From: an uncultured virus (IMG/VR IMGVR_UViG_3300017728_001586)
Taxonomy: Duplodnaviria; Heunggongvirae; Uroviricota; Caudoviricetes
Direction: 5' to 3' (one strand)
Virus record (IMG/VR): IMGVR_UViG_3300017728_001586
DNA: 20,000 nucleotides
Both the position numbers and the translations under genes were made by a program. Position 1 is the first letter of the stretch. Each line of letters begins with the position of its first letter. Positions 17,301-20,000 of the stretch are shown piece after piece. Under the pieces are notes generated by a model that saw only the letters and a program-made list of their open reading frames with translations, searched no databases and was not told where the DNA came from.

Positions 17301-18109
17301 TGTCTTATTCTATCAGTTGCTGACGGTACAGCTTGTGATAGATTCATTGAAATTGCAAGTCTTCTATCTTCACCATATCCTGATTCGGATGCGAATACAG
17401 TTTCGTCTATGGGGTAAGATATCTCGGCATCTTCACCATATAATAATCTCATCAAGAACTTAACAGAATCAGCAGTACCCTTTTGTTTGTACAGTGTTCC
17501 GATATTCTTAATAGTTAATCTTGCGTTTTGTGTCTCTTTTAAATCTAGAGATGGTACGAAATCTTTTTGGAAATACTGTAAAAATGTTTCCAATGTTTGG
17601 TCTATATCTGAATAATCTAATAGTCTGTTGTTTGCGACTACTTGGTTTTCTTTATATGTCTTAACTACACCAGTCTGATTACCATCTCTTCCTGTGATTG
17701 TTTCTGTCTCTGAGAAACCTGTACCTGATATAGTGTCTACTATTAATGTTAGACCATTAATAACTTTAATCTTTGCAACTGAACCACTTTTGTTTCCGTA
17801 GATGTATTCACCCACTGAGAATGGTTCTATTTCTCCCTCTTGTATTAACTTAGATGTTAATATATCGGGAGCAGAGGTTTCGGTACCTTCTTCAATCAGC
17901 ACTGAAGAGGCTGTCTCAGAGGTACCGTCCTCGTATCGTATTCCTGTTAATTCACCTTTCGATGTCAGGACTATGATTTCGGATTCTAGGTACTCAAAAT
18001 ATGATTGTAGAAACAACTCAAATACTGGTGCCTCATCTCTGATATACTCAGGAAGAAGACTTGGTAGTCGAGTAGATAATCTATCTACAATGTGTTTTTC
18101 ATGTGCCAT
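14303..18109 (-). CDS. gp7: Baseplate wedge initiator, gp7-like, 1268 aa
   Basis: N-terminal LPEYIRDEAPVFELFLQSYFEYLE and IKNIGTLYKQKGTADSVKFLMRLLYGE. Later IQDSKFYQSHSYVIK...YRSIVKDLVHPSGHLFFGEV. It lies between gp6 and gp8. Confidence 0.82.
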   Translation of the reverse strand: MAHEKHIVDRLSTRLPSLLPEYIRDEAPVFELFLQSYFEYLESEIIVLTSKGELTGIRYEDGTSETASSVLIEEGTETSAPDILTSKLIQEGEIEPFSVGEYIYGNKSGSVAKIKVINGLTLIVDTISGTGFSETETITGRDGNQTGVVKTYKENQVVANNRLLDYSDIDQTLETFLQYFQKDFVPSLDLKETQNARLTIKNIGTLYKQKGTADSVKFLMRLLYGEDAEISYPIDETVFASESGYGEDRRLAISMNLSQAVPSATDRIRQYDINDASIVTAEAVVEQVSPIDLANNEYSLSISKDHRGTFEFNKEAKVLDRDGVTEYIGTVKGIVSTVDPTNGSIYFSLEDSTGSILDEDGNGLLHEETSIGSMYSPQDFINFTGSKTDTDANRALGNVTGLTRGPVEKIYIETTGQTYSGGDIVVFDDEGTGGGGAEGIIGAVGDEIILEDAHADEQYEITAVANQTVFGGVIQNGNRFDNVLDDHGKPISINRFHGALEVHIDGIVQSQSTYSIEPQKITFTTNPNLSGGERVEIFTDKSRLLYEDGTEMLINAYQNTDGGSIVSTDQRVRRVEITSGGAGYETLPQAFPGGYLYFKDTTGFQKGETITGSTSNATGTILRLEPKKNRLVIKRFSTDAGVFQDGENIVGGNSSTTKVCSSAKVSDGTGAKFFAWSSRIGGIEKVTLLDQGSKFDSDAVLDEATSFHNMLITTPSGNLNKGITITGVISGATATVQNYDTIRQILKYKNLKGMFINDEKVTYEGSDSFLILKNDPYTARGKVAGEGLINDGFLSDKGYLSSKVANIQDSKFYQSHSYVIKVGESINKYRSIVKDLVHPSGHLFFGEVALKSQLLGSSLDGVKEIPFDVNEQNKMGIISTEFVPTIVIQAYPTDNMLFEESTRDKSVRVLTEDGHLLENEDSRDNVAHLSKETLMLFHTTSAEVENQDMILQYREASGTNISTDKHKGAGHLNILNRKEFITSALDTKIDNDPSTVSSIRRPTITEFNTFIQKSPRRDGAVTVLNLDTADHDYYVNNSNVPLTSEYGNVAIRPADSGKVFQFWHPSEEVLIHEDGTKILNEEPLNYVRFDPFDRDLYGEKILMEDGSGSFLLEDETVPETREYFVTERSIELDNSYMYMEDNSRIVFEDGVPIVDEESGEEVHTFIPIGPTLKTLNKIAFQNCYKISHYILDETSSANEEDKILLEDGISGLLSEDSEKDGLTIKQMSDLTGLLYVEEIDKKQRRRTNIAFSSYVNSSNITNSALALL

Positions 18110-18128
18110 TTATGAATCCTATTTGGTA

Positions 18129-18617
18129 TTATATACCAGCTACTGTTGAATTTGTTCCAACGATTGAGAGTGGATGCCAAACTAATGACCCCTCTGAACC
18201 CAATGCGATACAAATCACTGCACCACCAGTCTCTAAAAGAATCTGAGGAGTGCCTGATGTATCTTTCCAACCTTCAACGGTAATATCTGCATTATATGAA
18301 ACACCATCATCATTTCTTACGATGATTTTGATTTGTCCAACTGAAACACCTCTAGCAAGTGAAAACTGAACATCACCGCCTTCGCTGGTCATGTCTAGTG
18401 TTGTCACTGCTTTAGTATTACTGATTGCACCTGCATCTGTTAATGCTTCAACATCATCAAATGCAATGTAAGTTGGAAGATTGTTAAACATTCTTGCCAA
18501 ACTCATTTTTTTATTAACTGGAGTTCCGCCTGGGTTATCAACCACATGTAGTAAATCTACACTGTTGACATCACCTGCCGCAATCTCTGTTAATGCTGTT
18601 ATTTTCTTATCTGCCAT
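18129..18617 (-). CDS. Small virion protein, 162 aa (MADKKITAL... family), putative short spike/decoration
   Basis: Strong AGGAGG SD. The N-terminal KKITALT...[18 protein letters not shown] motif is common at the start of phage fibre proteins. The C-terminus is beta-rich (GQIKIIV...GGAVICI...WHPL). Confidence 0.8.
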   Translation of the reverse strand: MADKKITALTEIAAGDVNSVDLLHVVDNPGGTPVNKKMSLARMFNNLPTYIAFDDVEALTDAGAISNTKAVTTLDMTSEGGDVQFSLARGVSVGQIKIIVRNDDGVSYNADITVEGWKDTSGTPQILLETGGAVICIALGSEGSLVWHPLSIVGTNSTVAGI

Positions 18618-18625
18618 TCTATTTT

Positions 18626-18631
18626 CCTCCT
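18626..18631 (-). promoter_or_regulatory. Shine-Dalgarno AGGAGG
   Basis: Minus strand AGGAGG-AAAATAGA-ATG, 8-nt spacing. Confidence 0.85.
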
Positions 18632-18691
18632 ATAATCCAATTGAATGGGAAACTACTCATGGCATAAACCATGACCACTTTTTTCATATTA

Positions 18692-20000
18692 TTAATAATT
18701 TGTACTAGATGTAGATACGAAACCTACCCCAGCACTACTCTCACCACTACTAATGGTGTCGACTTCGCCACTAACCCTAATGTCGTCAATGCTGATGTCA
18801 ACTAGAGAACCCCTAATTGCAACAACATCACCACTTGAAGGTATAACAGTGAAGTCTATCGATGTGTCACTATTTACTGTTGAAGTAAATTTGATGGCAT
18901 CAATCGAAATCTTTCCACTGGCATAATCTATAGTACCAGCACTTTGGTCTGCGAACACTCTTGTACCACTATCTAATGAATATCGTCTGACATTACCAGA
19001 ACCGTCATCATCAAAGAAGTAGGTATTGACTATATCGCCCTCGACCTTAAAACCTGTTGATGTTAAAATGCCCCCAGCAGCCTTGTTATGGCCGTCATGA
19101 GGATGATAAAAACCATTTCCGAAGATAACATTAAAACCTTCTGTAAGGCTTATCTTAAGATGTTTTCGTTTTTGCAATCTAACATTGGTCACATTGGATA
19201 GTATTGCAACATTCGTTTCATCAATCGCCTTGGCGAGATTTGAATGTCTGAATATACTATCGAAGTTGTTTAAATTTGTATTATCAAAAGAGACTATGCC
19301 ATTTCTTACTATGGTTTCTAACTCTCCTTTTGATAATGTAGTATCTGCTTCGTTATATTTGAATACAGTAGTCAATAGAATTTTAACTATCTCTGCATCT
19401 ACAATTACAGGTCTAACAGTCAACATATTAAGTTGATTCAATTTATTCTGTACTTGATTTTTTTCTACAGTTGATAAGTAATCTGAATTTTGTGGTTTAA
19501 GTGTTATGAATACTTTACCATACTCAGGTGGATCGTTGTCTTCACCACCCCATACTGCAACTGCATCAGCGTTGGGATAGTATTCTTGTACCTTTGCTTT
19601 ATAGTCATTCAATGTGACTAATCTATTTTGTGATGTATAGAACTTTGTTGCTTTGAACTTAATTGATTCGATAGATTCTTTCTCTGCACCGCCACCAGCA
19701 ATCGTCAAAGTCGTGATAGTAGCGTTTGAGAATCCATTGATTGTATCTGTAGATGTGAATATTTTTGCACCATCAGCATGAATATCATCAACTGCAATAT
19801 AAGTGGCACTTATAACATCGCCATCATTCAAACCATTGCCCAATACACCATCACCAAAGTATATCTCAATAAAACCCTCTTCGTTTTCTTGTGCATAGAA
19901 TACACGAGATGAACTTGTAATTGTTGACACTTCTGTTGAGAGTGAATACTTTGATACTGAACCGTTTGAGTTTACAGATATTTCTAATCTGGATTTATCA
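18692..20000 (-). CDS. gp6: Baseplate wedge subunit, T4 gp6-like, 5' part outside the window
   Basis: EIYFGDGVLG, GGAEKESIESIKF, QNRLVTLNDY, VWGGEDNDPPEYGKVFI and GTIDYASGKI motifs. The frame stays open from the GTG at 19930 to the window edge (DKSRLEISVNSNGSVSKYSLSTEV), so the true start is upstream. Confidence 0.95.
   Translation of the reverse strand, partial: DKSRLEISVNSNGSVSKYSLSTEVSTITSSSRVFYAQENEEGFIEIYFGDGVLGNGLNDGDVISATYIAVDDIHADGAKIFTSTDTINGFSNATITTLTIAGGGAEKESIESIKFKATKFYTSQNRLVTLNDYKAKVQEYYPNADAVAVWGGEDNDPPEYGKVFITLKPQNSDYLSTVEKNQVQNKLNQLNMLTVRPVIVDAEIVKILLTTVFKYNEADTTLSKGELETIVRNGIVSFDNTNLNNFDSIFRHSNLAKAIDETNVAILSNVTNVRLQKRKHLKISLTEGFNVIFGNGFYHPHDGHNKAAGGILTSTGFKVEGDIVNTYFFDDDGSGNVRRYSLDSGTRVFADQSAGTIDYASGKISIDAIKFTSTVNSDTSIDFTVIPSSGDVVAIRGSLVDISIDDIRVSGEVDTISSGESSAGVGFVSTSSTNY

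Noticed and set aside
3944..19436. Numerous 60-130-aa plus-strand ORFs and short alternative-frame minus-strand ORFs
   Set aside because: They overlap well-supported minus-strand structural genes and have typical antisense-shadow composition.
19928..19930. GTG as the gp6 start codon
   Set aside because: The frame is open to the window end and the N-terminal part of gp6 is missing, so the gene starts outside the window.
19..20000. Genome-wide stop-codon reassignment, suggested by the in-frame TAA at 1470
   Set aside because: Long genes are intact under the standard code, and both TAA and TAG terminate genes at sensible boundaries.

Overview
AT-rich bacteriophage DNA: part of the virion structural (baseplate/tail) module of a T4-like myovirus, resembling marine cyanophage/pelagiphage-type relatives. 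All credible genes are on the minus strand. In transcription order (right to left): gp6 baseplate wedge (5'-truncated), a 162-aa MADKKITAL protein, gp7-like wedge protein, gp8 wedge, a 2328-aa VrlC/DUF4815-like virion protein, a small coiled-coil protein, an 810-aa fibre-like protein, two adjacent Pro-punctuated repeat proteins (533 aa and 364 aa), a 110-aa protein, and the first codons of another gene. The main finding is that the two repeat proteins are mirror images in register. The irregular proline-delimited segment lengths of the 533-aa protein read C-to-N match those of the 364-aa protein read N-to-C over 310 residues with no net offset. They use complementary motifs (TYQHRSP opposite NIRNKQQP) and carry matching 60-bp triplications in both genes. 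This suggests a two-chain antiparallel beta-zipper fibre with a globular tip. Family assignments come from recalled motifs and synteny, not database searches.
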